Of a DNA stretch of 64,000 nucleotides, positions 9,333 through 19,081 are shown in pieces. The notes under the pieces were generated by a model, which made no database searches, was not told the DNA's origin, and worked only from the letters and a program-made list of their open reading frames with translations. The stretch spans positions 210,864 through 274,863 of the forward strand of contig CAZGXX010000003.1 in the NCBI GenBank assembly GCA_964530085.1, written 5' to 3'. Numbering within the stretch: the stretch's first letter is position 1; each line of letters starts with the position of its first letter. Position numbers and translations under genes: made by a program. The DNA is from an uncultured Azospirillum sp. (GTDB taxonomy: Bacteria > Pseudomonadota > Alphaproteobacteria > Rickettsiales > UBA3002).

Positions 9333-12128
9333 ATGACTATGACAAAACGCATGCTGATTGATGCAGCCCACCCCGACGAAACCCGCGTGGTGCTGCTCGA
9401 TAACGACCAGGTCTACGACTACGACTTCGTCAGCAGTTCCAAATCCCAGATCAAGGGCAATATCTACCTCGCGAAAATCACGCGGGTAGAACCATCGCTG
9501 CAAGCCGCCTTCGTCGAATATGGTGGTGGCAAGCAGGGCTTCCTGCCTTTCTCGGAGATTCACCCGGACTATTACCAGCTCCCGCAGACGGATAAGCAGA
9601 AGCTGCTCGAAGAACAAATTGCCGAAGCCGAAGCCGAAGAAGCCGCCGAGGAAGCCGCGTTCGAGCGCGAGCAAGCCGCGCGTGAAGCCCGTTCCCGCAA
9701 CCGCGATGCCGGCGATAACGAAGGCGAAGAAGACGATTTCAGCGGTGAAGAAGAAATCACCCCGAGCGAGACCGAGGAAGCCAGCAGCAGCGAGGCTGTG
9801 ATTGCCTTCACCGAAGCCAGCATGGCAGATTCCACCGTGGTGGCATCGCTACCAATGGTGCCAGCGATTGAAATGCCGGAAACATTCGCCGCCGAAACCG
9901 AGACCAGCAACGTCATGCCGCTCGATTCGGCCAGCTTCGCCGTCCATAGCGACGTGATGCCGGAAGAGAATAACGGCGCACAGGACAACTCCCTCAGCCC
10001 TGAACTGGCCGAGAATAACGAAGGCATGAGCGCCGACGAGCAGCAATCCTCGGACGAAACCACTGCCGAAGACGGCGAAGAAACCCGTGGCGGCCGTGGT
10101 GGCCGCGACCGTGCGCTGCATCGCCGCTACCGCATTCAGGAAGTCATCAAACGCAACCAGATCGTACTGGTGCAGGTGATTAAAGAAGAACGCGGCAACA
10201 AAGGCGCGTCGCTCACCACCTTCATTTCGCTCGCTGGCCGCGCTGCGGTGCTGATGCCGAACTCGCCCAAAGGCGGCGGAATCAGCCGCAAAATTACTGA
10301 CCGCGAGACCCGCAGACGCCTGAAAGAAGTGGCCTCCGAAATGCGTACCCATCGCGGCATGAGCGTCATCATCCGCACCGCGGGCATCGACCGCACAAAG
10401 GCCGAAATCCGCCGCGACTACGAATATCTCGTCGGCGTATGGAACGAAGTACGCACGCAAACCCTCGCTTCCATCGCCCCTGCCCTCATTTACGAGGAAG
10501 GCAACCTCATCAAACGGTCGCTGCGTGACTTATACACCAGCGATGTCGAGGAAGTGATTGTTGAGGGTGAAGACGCGTATAAAGAAGCCAAAAGCTTCAT
10601 GAAAATGCTGATGCCAAGCCATCTCGGCCGCATCAAGCTCTACACCGAAGCGATGCCGCTCTTCGCGTTCGCCGGTGTAGAAGACCAACTCTCAGCCATG
10701 GCGGAACCGCAAGTGCGCCTGCCATCCGGCGGCTATCTCGTCATCCACCCGACCGAGGCGCTGATCTCCATCGACGTCAACTCCGGCCGTTCGACGACCG
10801 AGCGTAACGTCGAAGAAACCGCGATCAAAACTAACATGGAAGCGGCGTATGAAGTCGCCCGCCAGCTGCGTCTGCGCGATCTGGCTGGCCTCATCGTCGT
10901 CGATTTCATCGACATGGGTTACAGCAAAAACCGCAAATCGGTGGAACGCGCGATGAAAGACGCGCTGAAAGCCGACCGCGCCAAAATCCAGATCGGCCGC
11001 ATCAGCATGTTCGGCCTCATGGAACTCTCGCGTCAGCGCCTGCGTCCATCGATCTCGGAATCCATGGGCGTTATGTGTCCGCATTGTAAGGGCACGGGCT
11101 ATATCCACTCGGTGGAGACCGTCGGCATCCAAATCATCCGCGCACTGGAGAAAGAAGCGGCGACGCGTGAATACGCCACGCTGCGCGTCACCACGCACCC
11201 GGAAGCGGCGCTCTACCTGCTCAACGAAAAGCGCGCGGCGCTGCAATCACTCGAGCAACGCCACAATGTCAGCGTCGTTATCCTCATGGATGCGACGATG
11301 ATTACCGGCAGCCACCGCCTCGTGAAAGTCACGGCGGATGGTCGCGAAATCCTGCATGATCCCGTCAACCAATCGAAGCAACGGGGCGGCAATACGCGCG
11401 GACGTCGTGGTAAACGCGGCGGCAACCCGTCGCAAAGCAGCGGCAATGTCATTTCGTTCGATGGCTCGGTGACGGTCGACACCACCGGCGACGATGATTT
11501 TGTCTACGACGCGCAGGAAGGCGACGACGAAATCCTCATCCGCGCTGAACCATCGGAAGAAGAACGCGCCCCGCGTGAACCTCGTGAAGGCCGCGATGGC
11601 CGTGGCCCGCGCCGTGAACGCGGTGGCCGCAACAACCGTCGCGACCGCGACCGTGGCCCACGCCGCGACAACGCTACGGCAGATGCCGCTGCAGAAGGCG
11701 CCGCTCCCTCCGAACCGATGCTCGATGCCGAGGGCAACCCCATCCCCGTAGCGAACAGCGAGGCGGGTGAGCGTGATCGCAACCGTCGCCGTGGCCGCCG
11801 CGGTGGTCGCAACCGTCGGGATCGTGACCGCGGCGAGCGTCGCCCGCGTGAGGAAAACGCAAATGGTAGCGAGGCAACCTCGACACCGAGCAACGACAAC
11901 AGCAGCGCAAGCTACAGCAGCGGCCACGAACAGCCCGCCACCGCCTACGGTGCAGAGAGCCATAGCGCCCCTGCCCCGCGCGCGCCGGAGCCTGCAAAAC
12001 CTGCGTTTGTCATCCCGCTTTCCGAAGCGCAGACGAACCCAGCCGCCGTTGCGTCGCCCATCGTTTCCGAAGCGGGTGACGATAAAAACAAGCGCAAAGG
12101 CTGGTGGAGCCGCGTGCTGGAGAGCTAG
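9333..12128 (+). CDS. rne: ribonuclease E
   Basis: N-terminal MTKRMLIDA...GNIYLAKITRVEPSLQAAFVEYGG (S1 domain), a catalytic core, acidic inserts and an Arg-rich C-terminal scaffold. Preceded by a long leader (9055-9332). Confidence 0.93.
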   Translation: MTMTKRMLIDAAHPDETRVVLLDNDQVYDYDFVSSSKSQIKGNIYLAKITRVEPSLQAAFVEYGGGKQGFLPFSEIHPDYYQLPQTDKQKLLEEQIAEAEAEEAAEEAAFEREQAAREARSRNRDAGDNEGEEDDFSGEEEITPSETEEASSSEAVIAFTEASMADSTVVASLPMVPAIEMPETFAAETETSNVMPLDSASFAVHSDVMPEENNGAQDNSLSPELAENNEGMSADEQQSSDETTAEDGEETRGGRGGRDRALHRRYRIQEVIKRNQIVLVQVIKEERGNKGASLTTFISLAGRAAVLMPNSPKGGGISRKITDRETRRRLKEVASEMRTHRGMSVIIRTAGIDRTKAEIRRDYEYLVGVWNEVRTQTLASIAPALIYEEGNLIKRSLRDLYTSDVEEVIVEGEDAYKEAKSFMKMLMPSHLGRIKLYTEAMPLFAFAGVEDQLSAMAEPQVRLPSGGYLVIHPTEALISIDVNSGRSTTERNVEETAIKTNMEAAYEVARQLRLRDLAGLIVVDFIDMGYSKNRKSVERAMKDALKADRAKIQIGRISMFGLMELSRQRLRPSISESMGVMCPHCKGTGYIHSVETVGIQIIRALEKEAATREYATLRVTTHPEAALYLLNEKRAALQSLEQRHNVSVVILMDATMITGSHRLVKVTADGREILHDPVNQSKQRGGNTRGRRGKRGGNPSQSSGNVISFDGSVTVDTTGDDDFVYDAQEGDDEILIRAEPSEEERAPREPREGRDGRGPRRERGGRNNRRDRDRGPRRDNATADAAAEGAAPSEPMLDAEGNPIPVANSEAGERDRNRRRGRRGGRNRRDRDRGERRPREENANGSEATSTPSNDNSSASYSSGHEQPATAYGAESHSAPAPRAPEPAKPAFVIPLSEAQTNPAAVASPIVSEAGDDKNKRKGWWSRVLES

Positions 12129-12151
12129 CGCATCGCGAAAATTGAACCCAT

Positions 12152-12184
12152 AAAAAACGGCGCCCGCAAAGGCGCCGTTTCTTT
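12152..12184. terminator. bidirectional rho-independent terminator
   Basis: AACGGCGCC-cgcaaa-GGCGCCGTT, flanked by an A-run upstream and TTTCTTT downstream. It lies between convergent rne and orphan 12238-13506. Confidence 0.8.
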
Positions 12185-12237
12185 ACGTGGGAGAGGTTGG
12201 TTCCTCCCTCCTTTGCCAACGGGCATCTCACAAATTG

Positions 12238-13506
12238 TTAATGGTGTTGCCGCGCCCGATGTGTAGATGGTGCCTTTTTCACAGGTGCAGCAAGGGGCGT
12301 GACCACGACAGGATCATCCGAAAGCTCCGCTGGAAGCGCGCCACGCATAAGGTTGAGAGTGGCCGCCAAGTCTTCTTCTTTCTGATTGCTGACCACATTG
12401 GTGCGTCTGTTATCCTGTGTGGTCAGGTTTGGGATAGGCGCCATCTCGTTATATGATCCCACGCCTGTATTATGATAGTGCCACCAGCTTACCTCTTGTG
12501 ACGTAAGATTCCTATTTATGTAGCTGTAGGCATCTTTCCCATCTTCGCTTTTAGTTACCTTGATGGCACCTTGCTGCTCAAATGGCTTCTCGTTCTGTAC
12601 GCCCACATTTTTGAAATTCAGATAGCGTTCTGCGGCGATTGCAATCTGTGCGTTTTCAACCAAATCAACCAAATAGTCTGGTTCAAAACCGGTTTCTTTC
12701 TCGAATGAAACGTAATAGCGCTCATCTTTAAAGGCATCCATTTTGCTGGCAACCTGCTTGCCTTGCTCATTTAGAACGCGCGAGCCACTTTTCAAAGATT
12801 TATCTATGGAAACGATATGCTCAATCATCGCAGATACTTTTTGATTCATCTGATCTTTTGATAGATTCTTATCCGGATGCTCTTTTGAAATATCGCTAAA
12901 ATAAATGACTCGGTTTGTACCTTTCTCAAGCTGAAAATGGATATTCTCGTTCCCCTCCATCCGCGCAATGTTGTTCAGGGCTTTAACGACTCCCGACATG
13001 TTTTGCGTTTTTAAGTCCCAGTTGATGGGGGTGAGTTTCCCAAAAGACTCTTTTATATCGGTAATGGATTCTTCGGAGTTCACCTTCTCTGCAGTAATAG
13101 CACCAGCATTCTTCAAAAGCTGCTTGAAGGGTTCTTTGGTCGCCGTTTCTTTCGAAATAATGGCTGCCTTATAGTCGGGCGTCCATGGGGCAAAGTCCGT
13201 CTCGTTTTCGAAAATGAATTGCTTGAAGCTCTCGATCCAAGCAAGTTTTCCCTTTGCGGAGGCAATCTCGGATGGATTTTTAGACGAGGCAGCGTTCACC
13301 TTCCAATCGGAAGCAGCCTTCGTGAGTTTCTCAAGCAACTCCGCTTTCGGTATTGGCCTATCCGTCATCGGCTTGATGAATACGAGCCCAGGCTTCAGCC
13401 CATCAATATCATCACGATAGCTGACATTAAGGTCGATGTTGAGAGAGCCAAAAATGTGGGTGAGGTTAGAAGAAATCTTTTCGCAGTCCGCTTTGACACT
13501 GGTCAT
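12238..13506 (-). CDS. orphan hypothetical protein (422 aa)
   Basis: Long AT-rich ORF with RBS AAAGGAG 7 nt upstream of the ATG at 13506. A Pho-box-like promoter lies upstream. No signal peptide, TM segment or recognisable family. Confidence 0.7.
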   Translation of the reverse strand: MTSVKADCEKISSNLTHIFGSLNIDLNVSYRDDIDGLKPGLVFIKPMTDRPIPKAELLEKLTKAASDWKVNAASSKNPSEIASAKGKLAWIESFKQFIFENETDFAPWTPDYKAAIISKETATKEPFKQLLKNAGAITAEKVNSEESITDIKESFGKLTPINWDLKTQNMSGVVKALNNIARMEGNENIHFQLEKGTNRVIYFSDISKEHPDKNLSKDQMNQKVSAMIEHIVSIDKSLKSGSRVLNEQGKQVASKMDAFKDERYYVSFEKETGFEPDYLVDLVENAQIAIAAERYLNFKNVGVQNEKPFEQQGAIKVTKSEDGKDAYSYINRNLTSQEVSWWHYHNTGVGSYNEMAPIPNLTTQDNRRTNVVSNQKEEDLAATLNLMRGALPAELSDDPVVVTPLAAPVKKAPSTHRARQHH

Positions 13507-13579
13507 AGCATGCTCCTTTTACGTTGGTTTGCAAAATTATAGTCTTTTTGTTTTTTTGCGGGCGATCTCCCACACGCCC

Positions 13580-13611
13580 AACGTATCATTGTTATGTGAC
13601 AGTTTGATGAC
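13580..13611 (-). promoter_or_regulatory. module-A (Pho-box-like) promoter: aTGTCATcAAACTGTCAC, 10 nt, TACGTT
   Basis: On the minus strand it matches 16 of 18 positions of CTGTCATAWAWCTGTCAY. The -10 candidate TACGTT (13585-13580) lies exactly 10 nt downstream, the canonical Pho-promoter geometry. Confidence 0.6.
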
Positions 13612-13623
13612 ATTCCGCCAATT

Positions 13624-13655
13624 GTCATAAAACTGTCATAATTCTCCGCTAAAGA
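13624..13655 (+). promoter_or_regulatory. module-A (Pho-box-like) promoter: tTGTCATAAAACTGTCAT, 10 nt, TAAAGA
   Basis: The 18-mer at 13622-13639 matches the Pho-box consensus at 17 of 18 positions. A weak -10 TAAAGA lies at 13650-13655. It is back-to-back with the box at 13596-13611. Confidence 0.55.
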
Positions 13656-13727
13656 TGACAGTTTTTTGTCGTGCGGTGGGTCATTTTCGCGCTGGTCAAA
13701 TGGCGAAAAACAGCCCATATAAAATGC

Positions 13728-15080
13728 ATGCTGTCGCCCGCTTCATCGCCCTCTTTTTTATGCCGAGCATTTGCGGCTATCGCTGCGCTGACCATACCAT
13801 TCACCGCCACGGCAGGGCTCATTCGCGATGCAGAGATTGAGGCGACGCTTGCCGCCTATAGCCACCCCATCTTCAGTGCCGCCGGCATTCCGCCGGAGTC
13901 GGTACGCATTTTCATTGTCGATAATCCGCAAATCAATGCCTACGTTGCCGGCGGACTAAACCTATTCCTGCATACCGGTGTCATTCGCGCAGCAACCAAG
14001 CCCGGTATGCTCATTGGCGTGATTGCGCACGAGACGGGGCATATCGCCGGCGCCCATTTGTCGCAGCTGGGCGAGAAATCCACACGCGCAACTATCGGCA
14101 GCCTCATCGGCACCGCGATTGGCGCGATTGCCGTTGCCGGCGGTGCCGGTGGTGCAGGCGCGGGCATCATCGCGGGGAGCCAGAGCATCGCCGAGCGTAA
14201 TTTTATGGGCGAGATCCGTATGAATGAGGCTGCCGCCGACCAGGCCGCACTCACCTTCCTTGATACTTGTGATATCTCCGCTACCGGCGCGCTCGAGATG
14301 TTTGAAACGCTGCGGCGGATGGAAAGTGGTGGCAGTACGCGGGACCCCTTCCTCAGCGATCACCCACTCACCACCGAGCGCATCTCCGCCATGCGCAACC
14401 ATATTGCAGAATCAACCATCCCCGCAGGTCAGGTGCCAGAGGGGTTCCCCGCCATGCATGCGCGGATGATCGCAAAACTCATCGCCTTCCGCGAGCCGTA
14501 CCAAACCACGCTCAACCTCTACCCTCTCACGGATACATCCGTCGCAGCGCGTTATGCCCGCGCGATTGCAGAGTTCAAACACAGCAATCTCAGCGTCGCG
14601 CTGAAGAACATCGATGGCCTTATCAAGGATTTCCCAAAAGACCCTTACTTCTACGACACGCGCGGGCAAATTTTGTTCGAGAACGGCAAGCTCAAAGAGG
14701 CGGCGGCGGCCTATGCCAAGGCGGCGGCATTAGCACCGCATTCTTCGCTGATCCTAACAGATTACGCCAAAACGATGATTGCCGAGGATAAACCCTCTGA
14801 ACTGCCACACGCATTGCTATTGCTGGAACGCGCGAAAGACCTCGATGACAGCAACGGCGATACCTGGCGGCAATTTGCCATCGCCTATAGCAAGCAAGGA
14901 AAATCCGGCCTCTCCTACGAAGCGCTGGCCGAGGAGGCGGCGCTCGCGGGGGACTACAAAACCGTGCTGAAGCACATTGCCCGCGCCCGCTCCGCGCAGG
15001 ATAACGACAGCGCCCTCACCTTCGCGCTCGATGACCTCGAACGTGAGGCAAAAGAACAACTCAAAAAGAACTCTCTCTAG
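13728..15080 (+). CDS. M48-family periplasmic metalloprotease with TPR domain (BepA/YfgC-like)
   Basis: HETGHIAGAH zinc motif and C-terminal TPR-like repeats. The start is set at ATG 13728 (MLSPASSPSFLCRAFAAIAALTIPFTATAG, signal peptide). The listed start at 13671 is a GTG. Confidence 0.85.
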   Translation: MLSPASSPSFLCRAFAAIAALTIPFTATAGLIRDAEIEATLAAYSHPIFSAAGIPPESVRIFIVDNPQINAYVAGGLNLFLHTGVIRAATKPGMLIGVIAHETGHIAGAHLSQLGEKSTRATIGSLIGTAIGAIAVAGGAGGAGAGIIAGSQSIAERNFMGEIRMNEAAADQAALTFLDTCDISATGALEMFETLRRMESGGSTRDPFLSDHPLTTERISAMRNHIAESTIPAGQVPEGFPAMHARMIAKLIAFREPYQTTLNLYPLTDTSVAARYARAIAEFKHSNLSVALKNIDGLIKDFPKDPYFYDTRGQILFENGKLKEAAAAYAKAAALAPHSSLILTDYAKTMIAEDKPSELPHALLLLERAKDLDDSNGDTWRQFAIAYSKQGKSGLSYEALAEEAALAGDYKTVLKHIARARSAQDNDSALTFALDDLEREAKEQLKKNSL

Positions 15081-15160
15081 AGCATTTACATGTCGCTCTT
15101 TTTCACTTACTAATGCCGACAGCATTTTCAAAAGACCGTTCACCTTATGGAGCATACCGT

Positions 15161-15934
15161 ATGAAATACGCACAATTACTGATTGGTTTACTCGCCGGCA
15201 CCGCGCTCGGTAGCACCGTGATTGCAGGAAGTCTCGGCGGCAGCAGCAGCGGCCTCACCGAGGACGCCGTTAAAAAAATCGTGCGCGAAACCATTAGCGC
15301 CGAGCCAAAATTGATTATGGACTCAGTGCAAAAATTCCAAGAATCACAACGTGAGGAATCTCTGAAGAGCGCATCGGATGCTCTCAAAGACAAATCGCTG
15401 AAAGAGGCGGTTTACAACGCGAAAGATACTGCTTCCACCGGCCCCGCCGATAGCGCAAAAGTGATTGTTGAATTCTTTGATTACAACTGCCATGTGTGCA
15501 GAGACCAATATAAAGTGATCGCTCAGGTGCTTGCGCAGGATAAATCCATTCGCGTGCTGTTCCGCGAATTTCCTATCTTCGGGGCATCGTCTGAAACCAA
15601 CTCAAAAATTGGTCTTGCCGTTTCACGCATCGCGCCGGAAAAATATTTAGCATTCCACGAAAAAATGATGACGCACGAAGGCCGCACCGGCGAGAAGGAA
15701 GCGCTCGAGTTTGTCAAAGCCGTTGGAATCGATGTTGAGAAAGTCAAAGCGGAAATGAAAAATCCAGCGATCGACGATATCCTCAAAGCGAACCGCGAGT
15801 TGGGTGACAAGCTGCATATCCAAGGCACACCAACCTTCGTGATTGGTGAAGAGATGATTCCGCACGGACTTGGTGCAGATGAAATCGTTCAGAAGCTCGG
15901 TGCACCTGCCGCACCTGCTGCTGATAAGAAATAA
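15161..15934 (+). CDS. DsbA-family thiol:disulfide oxidoreductase
   Basis: CxxC active site in FFDYNCHVCRD. Signal peptide MKYAQLLIGLLAGTALGSTVIAG. RBS GGAG upstream of ATG 15161. Confidence 0.85.
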   Translation: MKYAQLLIGLLAGTALGSTVIAGSLGGSSSGLTEDAVKKIVRETISAEPKLIMDSVQKFQESQREESLKSASDALKDKSLKEAVYNAKDTASTGPADSAKVIVEFFDYNCHVCRDQYKVIAQVLAQDKSIRVLFREFPIFGASSETNSKIGLAVSRIAPEKYLAFHEKMMTHEGRTGEKEALEFVKAVGIDVEKVKAEMKNPAIDDILKANRELGDKLHIQGTPTFVIGEEMIPHGLGADEIVQKLGAPAAPAADKK

Positions 15935-15952
15935 GCGCTTATACTCAGAACG

Positions 15953-15983
15953 AAAGAGCCCCCTCACCGGGGCTCTTTTTTTA
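15953..15983. terminator. bidirectional rho-independent terminator
   Basis: AGAGCCCC-ctcacc-GGGGCTCT followed by TTTTTTT. It lies between the convergent dsbA-like gene and ispE and overlaps the ispE stop. Confidence 0.75.
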
Positions 15984-16862
15984 TCTACAGAGTTCAGTTG
16001 CAACCACCCACCATTGAGGGTGTTGCGTGCGTAGCGCCATTGCAGCGCGCTCCGCATCCACCGCCGAGGCATAGAGCGCATAACAACACGCACCGCTGCC
16101 ACTCATCCGCACCAGCGGTGACGATGGAAGCGCGGCACCCAACGCGGCGCGTACCTGTCCCACTTCAGGCGACACATGAAGCGCTGCCGTTTCCAGATCA
16201 TTTCTCGCTTGCGTAAGATAGTACATCCATTCCGCTGCGCTGCGTGCTGCATCCGCATCACCAAGCGCGGGGGCAGCGGGCGTCACCACCAGTGCGCCAT
16301 ACACATCCATCGTCAGCAGCGGCGTGCGCGGATGCACCAGCACCGCATGCATCTCGGGTAGCGGATGCGTGAGCGGCGCAAGCTGTTCGCCAATCCCACA
16401 CGCAACAACAGGGCGCGAGGCGATACACATTGCCACATCGGCGCCCAGCTCTGGCGCCCACGCCTCAAGCTGCGCCTGCGAAATATTGAGCCCCCATAAA
16501 TGAGTGAGCGCCCGAAGTGTGGCTGCCGCATCGGCCGAGCCACCGCCGAGCCCCGCACCAACGGGAATATTTTTTGTCAGACGAATCGCCGCGCCTTTTG
16601 TGCAGTCTGTTTTCTGCTGAAGCAATCGCGCCGCGCGCAGCACCAGGTTACCCTCGACGCCTCCCGCTGCCGCTGCGAATTCGCCATCCATCGCGAGCGT
16701 GAGCGAATCCGCCGCCGCGACCTCGACCACATCGCCCACCGCAGCAAACACTACGAGCGATTCCATTTCATGATAGCCATCCACCCGCTTGCCGAGAATA
16801 TGTAATGTCAGGTTCAGCTTGGCTGGCGCATCGACGCGCATACCATCCGTGAACGTCATCAC
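15981..16862 (-). CDS. ispE: 4-diphosphocytidyl-2-C-methyl-D-erythritol kinase
   Basis: KLNLTLHILGKRVDGYHEMESL and the GHMP kinase motif PVGAGLGGGSADAAA. Confidence 0.92.
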   Translation of the reverse strand: MMTFTDGMRVDAPAKLNLTLHILGKRVDGYHEMESLVVFAAVGDVVEVAAADSLTLAMDGEFAAAAGGVEGNLVLRAARLLQQKTDCTKGAAIRLTKNIPVGAGLGGGSADAAATLRALTHLWGLNISQAQLEAWAPELGADVAMCIASRPVVACGIGEQLAPLTHPLPEMHAVLVHPRTPLLTMDVYGALVVTPAAPALGDADAARSAAEWMYYLTQARNDLETAALHVSPEVGQVRAALGAALPSSPLVRMSGSGACCYALYASAVDAERAAMALRTQHPQWWVVATELCR

Positions 16863-18697
16863 TAATGGATCTGCGGCTTGTCGGCGTTGGTTTCGGCCAC
16901 GCTCGCGGGTTTATCTTTTTGGGCCGAAGCAGGCATGAATTCAGGTAGCCCTTTATCAAGCTTCGTGCGTAGCGCCGCTTCGGCGTCCTTATCCGGCTTA
17001 AACGTCAGCGCACGCTCCCACTGATAATGCGCCTCTGTGTGCCGCCCTGCACGCCAATAGGCATCCCCCAAATGGTCATTCACCGTGGTATCATCCGGCA
17101 TCACCTGAATCGCGCGCTCGAACATCTGCACCGCGCCTGCGAAATCGCCGGAGAGATAATGTGCCCAGCCGACCGAGTCGATAATATGACCATCGTTCGG
17201 CCGCGCGGCGACGGCGATGTCGAGATACTCCCGCGCTTTAGTAATATTCTTCCCAGCCACCAACCAACTATAGCCAAGGTAATTCAAGACGTCTGGCTGG
17301 TTTGGCGACAGCGTCAGGGCACGCGTAAAATCTGCCTCCGCTGCGTTCCAATCGCCGCTGCGCTCACTACTGATGCCGCGCGCATAGAGCAGCGGCCAAT
17401 CCGCCGCCTTCAGCGGTTCACTGCGCGTAATCGCCACACCATAAGCTGCCGTCGCGCCTGTGTAATCCTCACTGTCGCGCAGCAGATCGCCCTTGGTGAT
17501 GAGCGCCGTGGCATCTTCCGGATATTGCTTCGCCACCGCGTCGAGCAGCTCCACCGCCTTTGCCTTATCGCCTAGCGCTTCCAGATTCAGCGCCTTGCGC
17601 ACGGCGGCACGGCGATGAAACACGCTACCGGGCTCGATGCCATCATAAATTTTAATCGCCTGCGGATAATCCTCCACCTGCTCGTGGAGATTCGCGAGCA
17701 TCAGTTGCCCGGGCGGCAGATTGGGGCGCAGCTCCAGCGCGATGCGCAGATAGAGAAATGTATCCTGTGCCCCGTCGTCGCCAAAAAGCAAACTTGCGGT
17801 GGTAAAAAACACTTCTGCCAGCCCCGCGCGCGCATCCGCCACCAGCGGCTTGGGCACCTCACCCGCCGTGATTTTTCCCGGCAGCAACGTCGAGCTGGGG
17901 TTAGCTTTCGCGTAAGCATCGAACACGCGCTGCGCATCCGCCGCTTTGCCATTGCGTGCGTAGAAATTCGCAAACGCCTCCACCACGCGGTACGGCGCCG
18001 TCGCTGCATCCGCCGTCGCTTTCGTATAGGCCGCTTCGGCGAGCGCGCTCTGGCCGAGCAAGTCGTTCATCAACGCGCTGTGATAGGTAATAAACGGCGC
18101 AAAGAAGCCGGACTTATCAATCGCTGCCTGCAAATTCACCGCGCTCTTCTTTTCCTTCGCGCCGATCGCAAGCCATTCGAGCATCACCGGGCGAATAAGG
18201 CCGAACAGCCCCATTTCCGGTGCGGCGGTAATAATAGTTTTCGCCTTCGCGTAATCCCCCGCCTTCACCGATTCGAGCATCAGCAGCGAGGCGATGAGCG
18301 GGTCGTTTTCCTTCGCCGCGGCCAGCTTTTTTGCCAGATCCGTCGCTACATCCATATTCCCCGCGAGCAGGTTCAGCCGCATCGCGTCCTGCTGAAGCCC
18401 AAGGTTATTGGGGTCTTCCGCCAGCGAGCCGTTGATAAACTCCGCCGCTTTTTTTACATCTTGGTTCTGCCGCGCGAAGCGGCCGGAGAGAAATTTCCCC
18501 GCAATCCCTGTGCGAATCGCCCGCTCTGAGGGTTTGGCGATCGTTTCCCCCGCGGCAGGAACCATGGTCGGCGCATGCGCTTTGGGCAGTATCTCCCCTG
18601 CCGAAGCCGTGGCAGCGAGCGCCCCGCCACAGGCAAAAGCGACTAAAAATCCAAGAAAAACGTGGGGTTGCGCGCTGCGCGCCATGGGAAATCTCAT
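16862..18697 (-). CDS. tetratricopeptide-repeat protein (exported)
   Basis: 611 aa with a signal-like N-terminus and many TPR units (e.g. AHYQWERALTFKPD, AEADFTRALTLSPNQPDVLNYLGY). Its stop overlaps the ispE start. Confidence 0.8.
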   Translation of the reverse strand: MRFPMARSAQPHVFLGFLVAFACGGALAATASAGEILPKAHAPTMVPAAGETIAKPSERAIRTGIAGKFLSGRFARQNQDVKKAAEFINGSLAEDPNNLGLQQDAMRLNLLAGNMDVATDLAKKLAAAKENDPLIASLLMLESVKAGDYAKAKTIITAAPEMGLFGLIRPVMLEWLAIGAKEKKSAVNLQAAIDKSGFFAPFITYHSALMNDLLGQSALAEAAYTKATADAATAPYRVVEAFANFYARNGKAADAQRVFDAYAKANPSSTLLPGKITAGEVPKPLVADARAGLAEVFFTTASLLFGDDGAQDTFLYLRIALELRPNLPPGQLMLANLHEQVEDYPQAIKIYDGIEPGSVFHRRAAVRKALNLEALGDKAKAVELLDAVAKQYPEDATALITKGDLLRDSEDYTGATAAYGVAITRSEPLKAADWPLLYARGISSERSGDWNAAEADFTRALTLSPNQPDVLNYLGYSWLVAGKNITKAREYLDIAVAARPNDGHIIDSVGWAHYLSGDFAGAVQMFERAIQVMPDDTTVNDHLGDAYWRAGRHTEAHYQWERALTFKPDKDAEAALRTKLDKGLPEFMPASAQKDKPASVAETNADKPQIH

Positions 18698-18792
18698 TTC
18701 AGGTGGAAAATGACTTGCACTAGGCGACTATTACATTATATTGCCGCGCCTATCAAATGAATTGCGCGCGCACCGCGCGGAAAGAGGACGTC

Positions 18793-18990
18793 ATGAGCAG
18801 TAAGAACAACCCAGAGCTACGTGGTAAGGTTACCGAGCTTCGCAAATATAACGGCAAACCCGTGAAACCCTGCCGCGTGATCGACAGCGCGCGCGGGATC
18901 GATTTCATCGGCGGCGCCTTCGAAAACGGCGACATCGTGATGGACGCCAACACCAAGCGCCCCATCCCCTACGGCCAAATCTACGGCTAG
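18793..18990 (+). CDS. small conserved-looking hypothetical protein (65 aa)
   Basis: ATG 18793 with RBS AAAGAGGA. Promoter TTGCAC-16 nt-TATATT lies upstream. GC content matches the core genes. Confidence 0.55.
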   Translation: MSSKNNPELRGKVTELRKYNGKPVKPCRVIDSARGIDFIGGAFENGDIVMDANTKRPIPYGQIYG

Positions 18991-19030
18991 AACCCTGCGG
19001 GTTCAGGCGTTACTTAGCGCCAGACATACA

Positions 19031-19062
19031 AAAACGCCGGGGACATTCCCCGGCGTTTTTTT
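19031..19062. terminator. bidirectional rho-independent terminator
   Basis: AACGCCGGGGA-catt-CCCCGGCGTT flanked by AAAA and TTTTTTT. Confidence 0.8.
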
Positions 19063-19081
19063 GTGAGATCCTCTACGAGAC

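Noticed and set aside
11247-11963. Several long ORFs on both strands inside the 3' third of rne (for example 11247-11963, 11504-11899, 11767-12153).
   Set aside because: They are generated by the repetitive Arg/Asp/Gly-coding, GC-rich scaffold region of RNase E. The frame with the S1 and catalytic domains continues uninterrupted.
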